From contig CAXHDG010000002.1 of NCBI GenBank assembly GCA_964015495.1, forward strand, positions 1,449-65,448: a stretch of 64,000 nucleotides of DNA, written 5' to 3'. Position numbers and translations under genes: made by a program. Origin of the DNA: an uncultured Magnetococcales bacterium (lineage in GTDB: Bacteria > Pseudomonadota > Alphaproteobacteria > UBA2136 > JAPKEQ01). The notes beneath the pieces are model-generated. The model did no database searches, was not told where the DNA came from, and was given only the letters and a program-made list of their open reading frames with translations. Below are positions 52,842-62,843 of the stretch, in pieces. Every line of letters starts with the position of its first letter. Position 1 is the first letter of the stretch.

Positions 52842-53576
52842 ATGACACAAATTAAGCAGGCCATGATTCTTGCGGCAGGGAAAGGCACACGCCTTGGCCA
52901 CTTAACGCAAAATACGCCTAAGCCCCTTATTGAGGTTTGCGGAACGCCTGTGCTTATTCATGTGTTGAATCATTTAAAGGCCCATGGGGTTAAGAAAATT
53001 GCCATCAATACACATTACCTTGCAGAGCAAATAGAGCAGGCCGTTAAGGCGTGGTCAAAGGATATGGGCATAGATGTGTGTATCTACCATGAAGAAAAGC
53101 TTCTGAATACGGGCGGCGGTATATGTCAAGCGGTACCATTTTTTGAGAATAAGCCTTTCTTTTTAGTGAACGGAGATGCTGTTTGGACAGATGGTACTGC
53201 TTTATTTGAAGCACTTGAGAGCACGTTCCGTAAAAAGCATATGGAAGCACTGCTTGGTTTTATGGATTTAGATAAAACATCAGCGTTCCGTGCCTCAAAA
53301 GGTGACTATGAAATGGATGCTACAGGGCAAGTTCTTGGTAGAGGGACGTCTGGGGCTTCTTGGGTCTATATGTGCGCGGCAGTTTTAACGCCAGAGCTTT
53401 TTGCAGGCAGGTCTGCCAAGCCTTTTTCTCTTATTGAGCTTTATGATGAAGCCATGCACAAGGGCGGGCTATACGGCATGCCGTTTAGCGGTTTGTGGGC
53501 TGATATGGGCACGCCAGAAGGCCTTGCCTTTGCAGAAAATTTACTCTCTTCGTCTCAGCACAAGCAGTCGGCATAA
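52842..53576 (+). CDS. murU: Sugar-phosphate nucleotidyltransferase (MurU-like N-acetylmuramate-1-phosphate uridylyltransferase)
   Basis: 244 aa. ILAAGKGTRLGHLTQNTPKPL N-terminal nucleotidyltransferase signature. Paired with the AmgK-like kinase upstream. Confidence 0.7.
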   Translation: MTQIKQAMILAAGKGTRLGHLTQNTPKPLIEVCGTPVLIHVLNHLKAHGVKKIAINTHYLAEQIEQAVKAWSKDMGIDVCIYHEEKLLNTGGGICQAVPFFENKPFFLVNGDAVWTDGTALFEALESTFRKKHMEALLGFMDLDKTSAFRASKGDYEMDATGQVLGRGTSGASWVYMCAAVLTPELFAGRSAKPFSLIELYDEAMHKGGLYGMPFSGLWADMGTPEGLAFAENLLSSSQHKQSA

Positions 53577-53581
53577 GGCTT

Positions 53582-56440
53582 ATGGCACAATTTTTTTACA
53601 CGCCTCTTTCTTCTGACTTTTTTAATGTTTGCGCAGAAACGCTTTTGGCGCGCTATAACCCTCAAAATGATCCACTTGCTTTAACCCATGTGACTGTATG
53701 GGTGCCATCCTCTCGCATGGCGGACAGTCTTGCAGAAAGTTTGCTTAAGCAAGCAGGCGGCGGTGTGCTCTTACCAGATATCCGCCCCATGGGCACAGAA
53801 ACAGATGATGTGCTTTTGTTTGAGGAGAGCGTGCAAGAAGGCACAATGTCTGGTTTTGAGCGTTTAATGTTCCTGACGGATTACTGCATGAAACATATGC
53901 CACATGCTCAGTGGTCTAAAGCTCTTAACCTTGCCAAGCACCTAGATACTCTTTGGAAAAAAATGCTTCTTAGTGGGGTAGAAATGAACGCTCTTAAAGA
54001 AGCGATTCCAGAAGAGTGGGCAGAGAGGTGGGAAGATATTTCCCTTTACCTTTCTGGCCTTACGGAGGCATATCCTAACCACCTCAAACATCTCCATAAA
54101 AAAGATGAAACTCTCCATAAAATTGATGTGCTCAAAGCTTATACGGCGCAGTATCAAAAAAATGCCCTAACGCAAGATGTGTGGACGGTTGGCTTTAGCG
54201 ATACAATTGAACCTGCGCGTGACATGCTAAAAGCGCTCTCTCTTTGTGAAAGGTCGCATTTTATTATGCCTCTTGATGGGGCTGCATTTCCAAAGGTGTT
54301 TTCGCAAGAGCGCTTAGATCCAACTCATCCCCTTTATGGTCTTCAAGGTTTTATGGGCGAGTGGGAGCTTACATTGCAGCAGCTAGAAGAGCTTAAAAAA
54401 GTACACTGTAGTTATGTGCCTTTATTTGATGATGTGCCAAGCGTTCAGGATGTCAATGTACCTTTTATACTATGCGAAGCTGGCCACCTAGAAGGTGAAG
54501 CAGAAACCATTGCATGGATTATGGCAGAGAGGGCCATGTTGCCGCAAAAAACTTGCGCACTGGTAACGTCTGATTTGTCGCTGGCTTTTAGAGTGCAAAC
54601 AATACTTGAGCATTACGGGCTTTTTGTTGATAGAACAAACAGCTCTCCGTTTGTTTCAACGCCCCTTGGCGCACAAGCTCTGCAAATTTTAGAATGTATG
54701 CTCTCAGGGTATAAACCTGAAAAACTAGCGGGCATTTTACTTAATCCTGTTACAAACAGGGGCATGCATACGCATGTTGCAGGTAGCCTTGATGAAAAAA
54801 ATTTAAGGGGTATGCTGCGCGGACAAACTTCGCTCACATTTTGGAACAGCCTGATAGAAAGAGGTGAAATTTCAGAAGAAGCGGCATCGCAGCAATTTTC
54901 TTATCTCCTTTCTGCTTTTAGTGCTTTTAATAGTCAGGCGTCTCGTCCGTTAAGTGGGTGGCTTAAGGCGCACCTTGAGCTTCTTGTTGCCCTTGGGGAG
55001 GCGCCAGTTGGCCGCGCCTTTTTAACAAGAGAGGAAGAAGCGCTTAAAGCATGGCAGGTTATGATTGAGCAAACAGGGCATCTTACCTCCTCGCTTTCCT
55101 TTAAGGATTACGCCGAGCGCTTTGCTGTGTTGTTTGAAACGGTTTCTATTCCTAATCGTACAGAAGGCGCTCATCCGAGGCTTAAAATTTTAGGACCATT
55201 AGAAAGCCGTCTCCAGCGTTATGATTGCGTGATTCTTGGCGGCTTAAATGAAGGCACAACGCCGGGGCAAATTTCGCCAGATGTATGGCTCTCTTACGCG
55301 CAAAGAAAAGAGCTGAATTTGCCTCCAGTGGAAAGCTCTATTGGGCTAAGCGCGCATGATTTTTTAAGTCAGCTTTATGCAGATGAAGTTGTGCTGACGC
55401 GCCGCACTCAAAGCGAAGACGGTATTACCCTTCCCTCTCGTTTTTTGATGCGGCTTAAAAGTGCTGTTGGAGAAAGCGCTTATCAGGCTCTCCTTGCAAA
55501 AGGAAACGTCTATGTTAAAGCTTCTGAAAAACGAAGAATATCAGGTAAAGGGCATGTACTAACAAAAGCAGCGTGCATGACTGCGCTTAGCGATGCTTCG
55601 CCAAAGTTTTGGTCACCAAGTTATATAAAAGATATGATGGGATGCCCTTATAAGGCCTATTTGCGTAAGGGGGCTTCCTTAGATGCGCTTGAGCCTTATG
55701 GAAAATCTCCTGATGCAGCCCTTAGAGGGACGCTGATCCATGAGGTGCTCTCTACATTTTGTGAGGCGCACCCTGTTTTAAATAGAGACGAAGAAGAATT
55801 AGACCAACAGCGCCTTATTGATTTGGCAGCAGACCTTTTAGAAAAAAATGTACCCGCAGCAGTGCAGGCGGTATGGCAAACGCGTTTTGAAAAGCTAGCG
55901 CCAGATATTCTAAGGTTTTGGCATGAACGCCAAGATGCAGGCTGGCACCAAAGCGCCCTTGAGGAAAAGGTCTCATCAGATAAAACGGCTGTACCGCTTT
56001 TTGCGGTGCTTGACCGCGTAGATGTAAGCCCTTCGGGGGACTTAAGTATCCTTGATTACAAAACGGGAAGCCTGCCGATCAAAAAAGATATTTACACAGG
56101 TGCTCAGCCGCAATTGGTGCTTGAAGCACTTGCATGGATGAACGCGCACGCGCATACATCAGTTAAACAGCTTTTGTATTTACGCCTGCCTGCTGGTAGT
56201 AAAGATGGCGCAAAGGATATGGTTATTGCCCATGGGGCAGAAAAAATTGAACCGCTGATAGAACAGGCAGAAGAAGGTCTTTCAATGTTGAATGATTTAT
56301 ATAGGGGCGCAGATAAAGCATGGCCAGCTGTGGCGGGCGGGGTATCGGCTGTAAAACTTTCTGGTGCTTGTGAAAACTGTGATTATAGCGGGGTTTGCCG
56401 CGTGAGAGAATGGGTAAGCACAGGAGGGCATGATTCATGA
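53582..56440 (+). CDS. addB: Double-strand break repair protein AddB (alphaproteobacterial type)
   Basis: 952 aa. C-terminal PD-(D/E)XK nuclease motif LSILDYKTGS. Immediately upstream of addA with a 4-nt overlap. Confidence 0.8.
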   Translation: MAQFFYTPLSSDFFNVCAETLLARYNPQNDPLALTHVTVWVPSSRMADSLAESLLKQAGGGVLLPDIRPMGTETDDVLLFEESVQEGTMSGFERLMFLTDYCMKHMPHAQWSKALNLAKHLDTLWKKMLLSGVEMNALKEAIPEEWAERWEDISLYLSGLTEAYPNHLKHLHKKDETLHKIDVLKAYTAQYQKNALTQDVWTVGFSDTIEPARDMLKALSLCERSHFIMPLDGAAFPKVFSQERLDPTHPLYGLQGFMGEWELTLQQLEELKKVHCSYVPLFDDVPSVQDVNVPFILCEAGHLEGEAETIAWIMAERAMLPQKTCALVTSDLSLAFRVQTILEHYGLFVDRTNSSPFVSTPLGAQALQILECMLSGYKPEKLAGILLNPVTNRGMHTHVAGSLDEKNLRGMLRGQTSLTFWNSLIERGEISEEAASQQFSYLLSAFSAFNSQASRPLSGWLKAHLELLVALGEAPVGRAFLTREEEALKAWQVMIEQTGHLTSSLSFKDYAERFAVLFETVSIPNRTEGAHPRLKILGPLESRLQRYDCVILGGLNEGTTPGQISPDVWLSYAQRKELNLPPVESSIGLSAHDFLSQLYADEVVLTRRTQSEDGITLPSRFLMRLKSAVGESAYQALLAKGNVYVKASEKRRISGKGHVLTKAACMTALSDASPKFWSPSYIKDMMGCPYKAYLRKGASLDALEPYGKSPDAALRGTLIHEVLSTFCEAHPVLNRDEEELDQQRLIDLAADLLEKNVPAAVQAVWQTRFEKLAPDILRFWHERQDAGWHQSALEEKVSSDKTAVPLFAVLDRVDVSPSGDLSILDYKTGSLPIKKDIYTGAQPQLVLEALAWMNAHAHTSVKQLLYLRLPAGSKDGAKDMVIAHGAEKIEPLIEQAEEGLSMLNDLYRGADKAWPAVAGGVSAVKLSGACENCDYSGVCRVREWVSTGGHDS

Positions 56441-59400
56441 CATCTGTTCAAGAAAGAAGGCAAGCCGTTACAGCAGAGGCTACAGCAGCCCAAAGAAAAG
56501 CTTATGACCCAACACGTTCTGTTTGGCTTAGCGCTTCGGCAGGAACTGGTAAAACATATGTTTTGATTCGCCGTTTGCTGCGCCTTTTTTTACATGACTT
56601 GACCCTTAAACCTTCTGATATTTTAGCGCTAACCTTTACAAAAGCTGCCGCCCGTGAAATGGAAGAGCGTTTTGTAAGCGCCCTTGTAGACTGGAGTAGT
56701 CTAAGCGAGGAGGCGTTAAAAAAAGAGCTGTTTATTTTACTAGAACGTGCGCCATCACCAGAAGAATATACGAGAGCGCAGACCCTACTAACAGCCGTTC
56801 TTGATAGTGAACCTTCTATGACAATTACCACGCTGCATGCTTTTGCAGGACAGGTGATTTCTCGTTTTCCACTTGAGAGCGGTATTTTTCCGGGGAGTCA
56901 AATTTTGGATGATGAGGAGCAGCGCAGTCTGTTAGAGCAGGCGCTGCAAAGCACGTTTGAACTGCTCGGCACGCGTACAGAAACAGAAGAGCCGCACTGG
57001 GCTTTTGTATGCCTAGCAGAGCGTATGGCAGAATCTACGTTAAGGGATGTGTTTACTGATTTTATTCATAATGCCAGACGCTACAAAACTATGTTTGCAA
57101 GGGAGGGCGGCCTTGGTGGTGTGCTTGCTTCTTTAAAGGAAAACCTTGACCCTGCGCTTGAAAATGCAGAAAACTGGCGCACTCAGCGCGCCCAAGCGCA
57201 GGGCGAAACGCCTGTGAATAAAGCCGTGCTCATGCATATGTATGAAATGTTTGCAAAAAGCACTTCTTCCTTAGATCAGAAACAAGCCTCGAAGTTACGC
57301 GGGTTTTTAGAAGCATCTACGCCAGAAAGTCGCAGCGTCCTTTTTGAAGCATACAGCCGTGCATTTTTGACTGCAACAAAAGAACCTGTAAAGCGCTTTG
57401 TTACCAAAAAGGTAAAAGAAGGCTTTAGCACAGAAATGCTGGAGGTGATCGAGGCTGAGTCTGAACGTGTACAGCAGGTGTATGAGTTTTGCGCTGCTGG
57501 CGATACTTTTGCAGAGACGCAAGCGTATCTCATGATGGCTTCAATGGTGCTGAACAGTTATGAATCCCTTAAAAAGGCCCAATCGCAAATTGACCATGAT
57601 GATCTGATTGATGCGCTTGTGGAGCTGCTTTCTGATGAAAAAAATAGAGATTGGGTGCTCTACCGCCTTGATCAGCGCTATAAGCATATTATGGTGGATG
57701 AGGCGCAGGATACAGATAGTCGCCAGTGGCATATTGTAAAAGCTCTTCTCAGCGAATTTTTTACTGGAGATGGTCAGCACGAAACTGAAGAAGCTCCGCG
57801 CACGTTCTTTACTGTTGGGGATATGAAACAGAGTATTTACCGTTTTCGTGGTGCGGAGCCTGAAGTTTTCCTTGCTATGCGTGATTACCTGAAGCAAACC
57901 CAGCCTGAGCAAGACCCGACCGTGACCATGAAAACATCTTTCAGATCAGGAGCGGCCATACTGGGCAGCGTGGATATGTTGCTTGAAAATCCCCGTCACG
58001 CCGCTTATGCCGCAAGTGGGGGAGAGACCCATGGCGTACAGAGAATTGGTGCCCCAGGGCTTGTAGAAATTCATCCGCTCCTTGAAGCAGAAAAGGTTTC
58101 AGCTCCAGAAATGAATGGCTGGATTATGCCTGAGGCGCGTCCTAAACCTAGCAATAAGTACACACCTCTTGGCCGTTATGTGGCGCGTTGGATTGAAGAC
58201 CTTTTAAAGCGTGCGCCTGTGTTGCCCTCTACGGGTGCACCAGCGGTGGCAAAAGATATTTTAATCCTCCTTAAAAATAGAACCATGATGCCAGAGCTGA
58301 TTGCAGCCCTTGACGCTGCTGGCATTGCGCATGGCGGGGCGGATATGATGACGCTGAAGGATATTCAGTTTGTGCAGGATATGTTGGCTGTGCTCCGCGT
58401 GATTTTAAATCCTTTAGATCAGTTATCCCACCTCCATGTGCTGAAAAGCCCACTTTGGAGCATGACGGATGAAACGGTTGAAAGTTTACGTGGTGCGTTA
58501 AAAGATAAAAAATTCTGGTTTGCACTATCAGATGACCCACGTTTTATGGATTACGTAGAATGGGTAAATGTCTTGAAACAAAAAGTACCTTATGGCTGTG
58601 AGGCTGTGCTGCAAGAGGTAGTGCGTAGCCGTAGTGCCATTGGTGTATATGCAGCCAGACAAAATGTAACGTCTGATGTCATTGATGCTTATTGGGGCGA
58701 GCTTCTTAAGCTTGCACGCGCGGCAGATAAAAAATCTCTCGGCCTTGCGAGTTTTGTGCATGAGGCCATGAACCGTGCAACCAATGTAAAACGCGAAGAA
58801 AGCGGCGTAGAAGGTGTACGTTTTATGACGGTGCACGGCTCTAAAGGGCTTGAATCCCCTATTGTTATTTTACCTGATACCACCAGCGCCATTACTGTGA
58901 GTAAAGCCAAGGTGTTTTGGGAAAATAAAAACAAATTTGTACTGCTCAGACAGCCAACTGAAAGCAAAAGCGAACTTCAGAAAACGCTCGAATCAGAAGA
59001 GCTTGAGCGCAAGTATGCAGATGATATGAAACTTCTTTATGTGGCGATGACTCGTGCGGAAGATCAACTTATGATTTGCGGCGTTCCTGCGAAAGAAAAA
59101 AGCGCTGAAAGCTGGTATGGATGGATCGAAAATACACTTGAAGAGCAAGATGCCTTATGGACTAAAAATTCTGATGGTATTAAAACATATTACGTTTCAG
59201 CTGAAGAGCAGCCAGAGGTTCAAAAACAAAATCAGGAAGCGATCTGTCGTGAAGTCCGCCCTGTGCCAACGCCGCGCCATGAACGCATGCAGCCGCGACT
59301 AAAGCCATCTTCAGGAAAAGGTTTTGATGTGGATACATTGCTCAGTGAGGCGCCAAACCCTGCTGATTTTGCCAGAGGTGCATTTATTCATAAATGCCTC

Positions 59401-59835
59401 GAGCATATGCCGGGCATAAGTGAGACCGAGGGTTTCTTTTTAGATCGTCTTAAAGCGCAATATGCTCATTTACTGTCTGACAGTGTGATGAACAAGTCTG
59501 TGGACATGGTTAAATCTGTTTTAGGCGAATATCCAGAGTTTTTTGGTGAAGACTCAAAAGCAGAAGTGCCGTTTAGAGTCTCCCTTAAAGAAGGGCTTGT
59601 GAGCGGTATTATGGACCGTATGGTGATAAGCAAGGATACTATACAAATTATTGATTATAAAACAGCGTCTCACTTACCAGAAAAGGGTGAGCTTTTAGAG
59701 CGTTACCAAGGGCAGGTTTCTTTGTATAAGCGCGCCATGAAAGCCATGTACCCAGAAAGGGAGGTAATCGCGCATTTATTATGGATAACGCCGCAGGGTA
59801 TTCGTTTAGATAATGTTGACAATTTATCTAAATAG
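56437..59835 (+). CDS. addA: Double-strand break repair helicase-nuclease AddA
   Basis: 1132 aa. UvrD-like helicase motifs (SASAGTGKTYVL, ...VDEAQDT..., FMTVHGSKGLE, YVAMTRAEDQL). C-terminal nuclease motif IQIIDYKTAS. Confidence 0.9.
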   Translation: MTSVQERRQAVTAEATAAQRKAYDPTRSVWLSASAGTGKTYVLIRRLLRLFLHDLTLKPSDILALTFTKAAAREMEERFVSALVDWSSLSEEALKKELFILLERAPSPEEYTRAQTLLTAVLDSEPSMTITTLHAFAGQVISRFPLESGIFPGSQILDDEEQRSLLEQALQSTFELLGTRTETEEPHWAFVCLAERMAESTLRDVFTDFIHNARRYKTMFAREGGLGGVLASLKENLDPALENAENWRTQRAQAQGETPVNKAVLMHMYEMFAKSTSSLDQKQASKLRGFLEASTPESRSVLFEAYSRAFLTATKEPVKRFVTKKVKEGFSTEMLEVIEAESERVQQVYEFCAAGDTFAETQAYLMMASMVLNSYESLKKAQSQIDHDDLIDALVELLSDEKNRDWVLYRLDQRYKHIMVDEAQDTDSRQWHIVKALLSEFFTGDGQHETEEAPRTFFTVGDMKQSIYRFRGAEPEVFLAMRDYLKQTQPEQDPTVTMKTSFRSGAAILGSVDMLLENPRHAAYAASGGETHGVQRIGAPGLVEIHPLLEAEKVSAPEMNGWIMPEARPKPSNKYTPLGRYVARWIEDLLKRAPVLPSTGAPAVAKDILILLKNRTMMPELIAALDAAGIAHGGADMMTLKDIQFVQDMLAVLRVILNPLDQLSHLHVLKSPLWSMTDETVESLRGALKDKKFWFALSDDPRFMDYVEWVNVLKQKVPYGCEAVLQEVVRSRSAIGVYAARQNVTSDVIDAYWGELLKLARAADKKSLGLASFVHEAMNRATNVKREESGVEGVRFMTVHGSKGLESPIVILPDTTSAITVSKAKVFWENKNKFVLLRQPTESKSELQKTLESEELERKYADDMKLLYVAMTRAEDQLMICGVPAKEKSAESWYGWIENTLEEQDALWTKNSDGIKTYYVSAEEQPEVQKQNQEAICREVRPVPTPRHERMQPRLKPSSGKGFDVDTLLSEAPNPADFARGAFIHKCLEHMPGISETEGFFLDRLKAQYAHLLSDSVMNKSVDMVKSVLGEYPEFFGEDSKAEVPFRVSLKEGLVSGIMDRMVISKDTIQIIDYKTASHLPEKGELLERYQGQVSLYKRAMKAMYPEREVIAHLLWITPQGIRLDNVDNLSK

Positions 59836-59950
59836 GACTACATTTATACTATATTTGTTTTTATAAGTTTTTCACTGGTCATGATGCCATGAAACAGCTA
59901 TAAAAAAAGAGTAATTTATTCACATATTAAAGACCGAAGGGGATACAAAC

Positions 59951-60274
59951 ATGAGCGCAGTAGTACATGCAACAGATGCAACTTTTGATACAGATGTAAT
60001 TAAGTCAGAAACGCCTGTCGTTATTGATTTTTGGGCAGAATGGTGTGGCCCATGCAAGCAGCTTTCGCCAATCCTCGATGAAGTGGCAGCAGAGTTTGAT
60101 GGTAAAGTAAAAGTTGTTAAAATGGACATTGATGAAAACCCAGAAACACCTTCTAAGCTAGGTGTGCGCGGTATTCCTACAATGATGCTTTATAAAGGCG
60201 GCGAAATGGTTGATGCTAAAGTTGGCGCAATGCCAAAGGGTGATATCGTAAGCTGGATTGAAGCTCACTCATAA
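59951..60274 (+). CDS. trxA: Thioredoxin
   Basis: 107 aa. WAEWCGPCK active site. Confidence 0.95.
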   Translation: MSAVVHATDATFDTDVIKSETPVVIDFWAEWCGPCKQLSPILDEVAAEFDGKVKVVKMDIDENPETPSKLGVRGIPTMMLYKGGEMVDAKVGAMPKGDIVSWIEAHS

Positions 60275-60317
60275 AAAAGAGCCGTTAGGTTAAGCCACTT
60301 TATGGCGAAAAAACTTG

Positions 60318-60348
60318 AAATGCCCGCTTTATGCGGGCATTCTTTTTG
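60318..60348 (+). terminator. Rho-independent terminator after trxA
   Basis: AAATGCCCGC-tttat-GCGGGCATT followed by CTTTTTGG. Confidence 0.7.
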
Positions 60349-60388
60349 GGTGATGACTCAATAATAGAAGAATAGGAATAGACGCCAT

Positions 60389-61330
60389 ATGACGCAACAT
60401 ACATCATCTCATGAACTTGCACTTATCGGATATGCCTCGGGCTGGGGCGCAAGAGATAGCGGTTGTAGTGAAGGGCCTTTGTTCCTTAAAAATCACGCTT
60501 TTGATCGGGCGTTAAACCGTCATGGCATTTCTGCCAAATGGCAAAGCGTTATTGAGCCCAAAATTCCTTATTCAAAGGATATTGCTAAGAATTACAGAAC
60601 CTCTGATAGCCGTTATGATTTGGTTATGGATGTGCTTAAACGCCTCACCCTTCAAGTTGAATTAGCCTGTAATCATCATAAAACCCCTGTCGTCATTGGG
60701 GGAGATCATTCAAGCGCAGCAGCTACATGGAGCGCTATTACTTCTCAAATGAAAGCGCAGGAAAAATTTGGTCTAATTTGGCTCGATGCTCACATGGATG
60801 CACATACACCAGAAACGCGGCATGAAGGGAAATGGGGCGGACATTACCATGGCCAACCTCTTTCAGCTCTCTTAGGAGAGGGTGAGGAACCACTACCCTC
60901 TCTTGGTTCAGCAGGGACAAAGCTCAGCCCTGAGCATGTAACGCTTATTGGTATTCGCTCCTTTGAACCGGGGGAAGAGGTTTTTGTTAAACGTAAAGGC
61001 GTTAAGGTTTATACGATGGATGACGTGCGTGCTTTGGGCTTTGATACTTGTTTCAAACATGCGCTTAAACGCGCAACTATAGGCACGGCAGGTTATGGAA
61101 TTTCTGTTGATATGGATGGGTTTGACCCTGAATTTGCGCCTGCAGTCGGCACGCCAGAAAAAGATGGCCTGATGGCAGATGATGTTTTAAATGCGTTTCA
61201 ATCAATTCGCGGCGATAAATCCCTAAAAGGGCTTGAGCTTGTGGAGTTTAACCCGTATAACGATGAAGATTCTAAAACTTATGATCTTATGTTTCGTTTA
61301 CTGAAAACCTTGTATGGAGAGGACTCTTAA
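60389..61330 (+). CDS. rocF: Arginase-family ureohydrolase (arginase, given the adjacent ornithine aminotransferase)
   Basis: 313 aa. GGDHS, DAHMDAHT, SVDMDGFDP metal-binding motifs. Confidence 0.7.
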   Translation: MTQHTSSHELALIGYASGWGARDSGCSEGPLFLKNHAFDRALNRHGISAKWQSVIEPKIPYSKDIAKNYRTSDSRYDLVMDVLKRLTLQVELACNHHKTPVVIGGDHSSAAATWSAITSQMKAQEKFGLIWLDAHMDAHTPETRHEGKWGGHYHGQPLSALLGEGEEPLPSLGSAGTKLSPEHVTLIGIRSFEPGEEVFVKRKGVKVYTMDDVRALGFDTCFKHALKRATIGTAGYGISVDMDGFDPEFAPAVGTPEKDGLMADDVLNAFQSIRGDKSLKGLELVEFNPYNDEDSKTYDLMFRLLKTLYGEDS

Positions 61331-61333
61331 AGC

Positions 61334-62560
61334 ATGGTAGATACACAAAAAACTTGGATTGCACATGAGGAACAGGTTGTTGCTCATAACTATGCCCCCC
61401 TTGATGTTGTTTTGAGCAAAGGGAAGGGTGCAAAAGTTTGGGATATGGACGGTAAAGAATATCTCGATTTTATGAGCGCTTATAGTGCTGTAAACGCCGG
61501 CCACGGCAATCGCCGCTTGCTGAGCGTGTTTATGGAACAGGCCTCACGCCTTGTTATTACGTCTCGCGCATTTTATAACGACCAACTTGAGCCTTTTGCA
61601 CGCGCCCTTTGTGATGTAACAGGCCTTGATATGGTGCTGCCGATGAATACAGGTGCTGAAGCTGTGGAAACAGCTATTAAAGCCGCGCGCAAATGGGGGT
61701 ACCAGAAAAAAGGTGTTGAAGCTGGTAAGGCTGAAATTATCGTGAGTTCTGGTAACTTTCATGGCCGAACGACAACTATTGTTTCCTTTTCTGATGATTT
61801 GGAAGCAAAAGCTGAATACGGGCCTTATACACCTGGTTTTAAAACTGTACCCTTTGGCGATGCGCAGGCCCTGCGCGATGCAATTACACCCAATACGGTT
61901 GCTTTTCTGACTGAGCCTATGCAGGGCGAAGGCGGAATTATCCTTCCTCCAAAAGGTTGGCTCAAAGAAGTGCGTGATATTTGCACGCAGAACAATGTTC
62001 TTTTGGTGGTGGATGAAATTCAAACTGGTATGGGCCGTACGGGTAAAAACTTTGCCTTTGAGCATGAAATTGCTGGCGAAAAGCCTGACATGCTTCTACT
62101 TGCCAAAGCGCTGGGCGGCGGACTTTTCCCGCTCAGTGCTTGCGTTGGTAAAAAGGATGTTATGGAGGTGTTTACACCTGGTACGCACGGCTCTACATGG
62201 GGCGGTAACCCGCTTGCTTGCGCTATAGGTAAAGAGGCGATTGCCATTCTTGTTGAAGATAAGCTTGCTGAACGCAGTGACGAGCTCGGTACTTACCTTG
62301 TTCAACAGCTGGAAGCTATCAACACATCGCTGATTACTGAAATTCGCGGTGCTGGCCTTTGGGTTGGTGTGGACATTGATACATCTAAGGTGGCAGCTAA
62401 GGCTGTTGCTAAAGCGCTGCTTGAGAAAGGTATTCTTTGCAAAGAAACCCATGAAAAAACATTACGCCTTGCACCGCCACTGATCATTACGAAAGCTGAG
62501 ATTGATTGGGCTGTTGATCAGATAAAAGATGTACTGGCATTCTTTGATGCACAGGTATAA
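61334..62560 (+). CDS. rocD: Ornithine aminotransferase (class III PLP aminotransferase)
   Basis: 408 aa. VVAHNYAPLDVVLSKGKGAKVWDMDGKEYLDFMSAYSAVNAGH. PLP-lysine region DEIQTGMGRTGK. Confidence 0.85.
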   Translation: MVDTQKTWIAHEEQVVAHNYAPLDVVLSKGKGAKVWDMDGKEYLDFMSAYSAVNAGHGNRRLLSVFMEQASRLVITSRAFYNDQLEPFARALCDVTGLDMVLPMNTGAEAVETAIKAARKWGYQKKGVEAGKAEIIVSSGNFHGRTTTIVSFSDDLEAKAEYGPYTPGFKTVPFGDAQALRDAITPNTVAFLTEPMQGEGGIILPPKGWLKEVRDICTQNNVLLVVDEIQTGMGRTGKNFAFEHEIAGEKPDMLLLAKALGGGLFPLSACVGKKDVMEVFTPGTHGSTWGGNPLACAIGKEAIAILVEDKLAERSDELGTYLVQQLEAINTSLITEIRGAGLWVGVDIDTSKVAAKAVAKALLEKGILCKETHEKTLRLAPPLIITKAEIDWAVDQIKDVLAFFDAQV

Positions 62561-62708
62561 CTCTACTATAACTGGCTGCAAATAAGCTTGTGTTCAAGTG
62601 CTCGGTTTCATGTGTGTGTGATACACATCAACCTTTGCGCTTTTCACAAAAGTATTTTCGCTTAGTTCTAGCGAGTTACTAAGAATTAAAAAAAATCGAA
62701 AAAATGAA

Positions 62709-62737
62709 GGAGCCCCTATTGCGGGGCTCTTTTTTTG
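62709..62737 (+). terminator. Rho-independent terminator
   Basis: GAGCCCC-tattgc-GGGGCTC followed by TTTTTTTG. Confidence 0.6.
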
Positions 62738-62843
62738 CGTTTAGACTCATATCCTGTAGCGCATAAAAATTAACCTAAAATTCACTCAAGCGAACGGCTA
62801 AAACTAGAGCGAGTTTTAAGATAGTTTTTAAGGAGAACCTGCT

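Noticed and set aside
62561-62843. Short imperfect repeats (TAGCGAGTT / AGAGCGAGTT) and a GT-rich near-palindrome (GTGTGTGTGATACACATC) in the rocD-MFS spacer
   Set aside because: The copies are too short and imperfect to call a regulatory repeat. Noted as possible operator-like sequence only.
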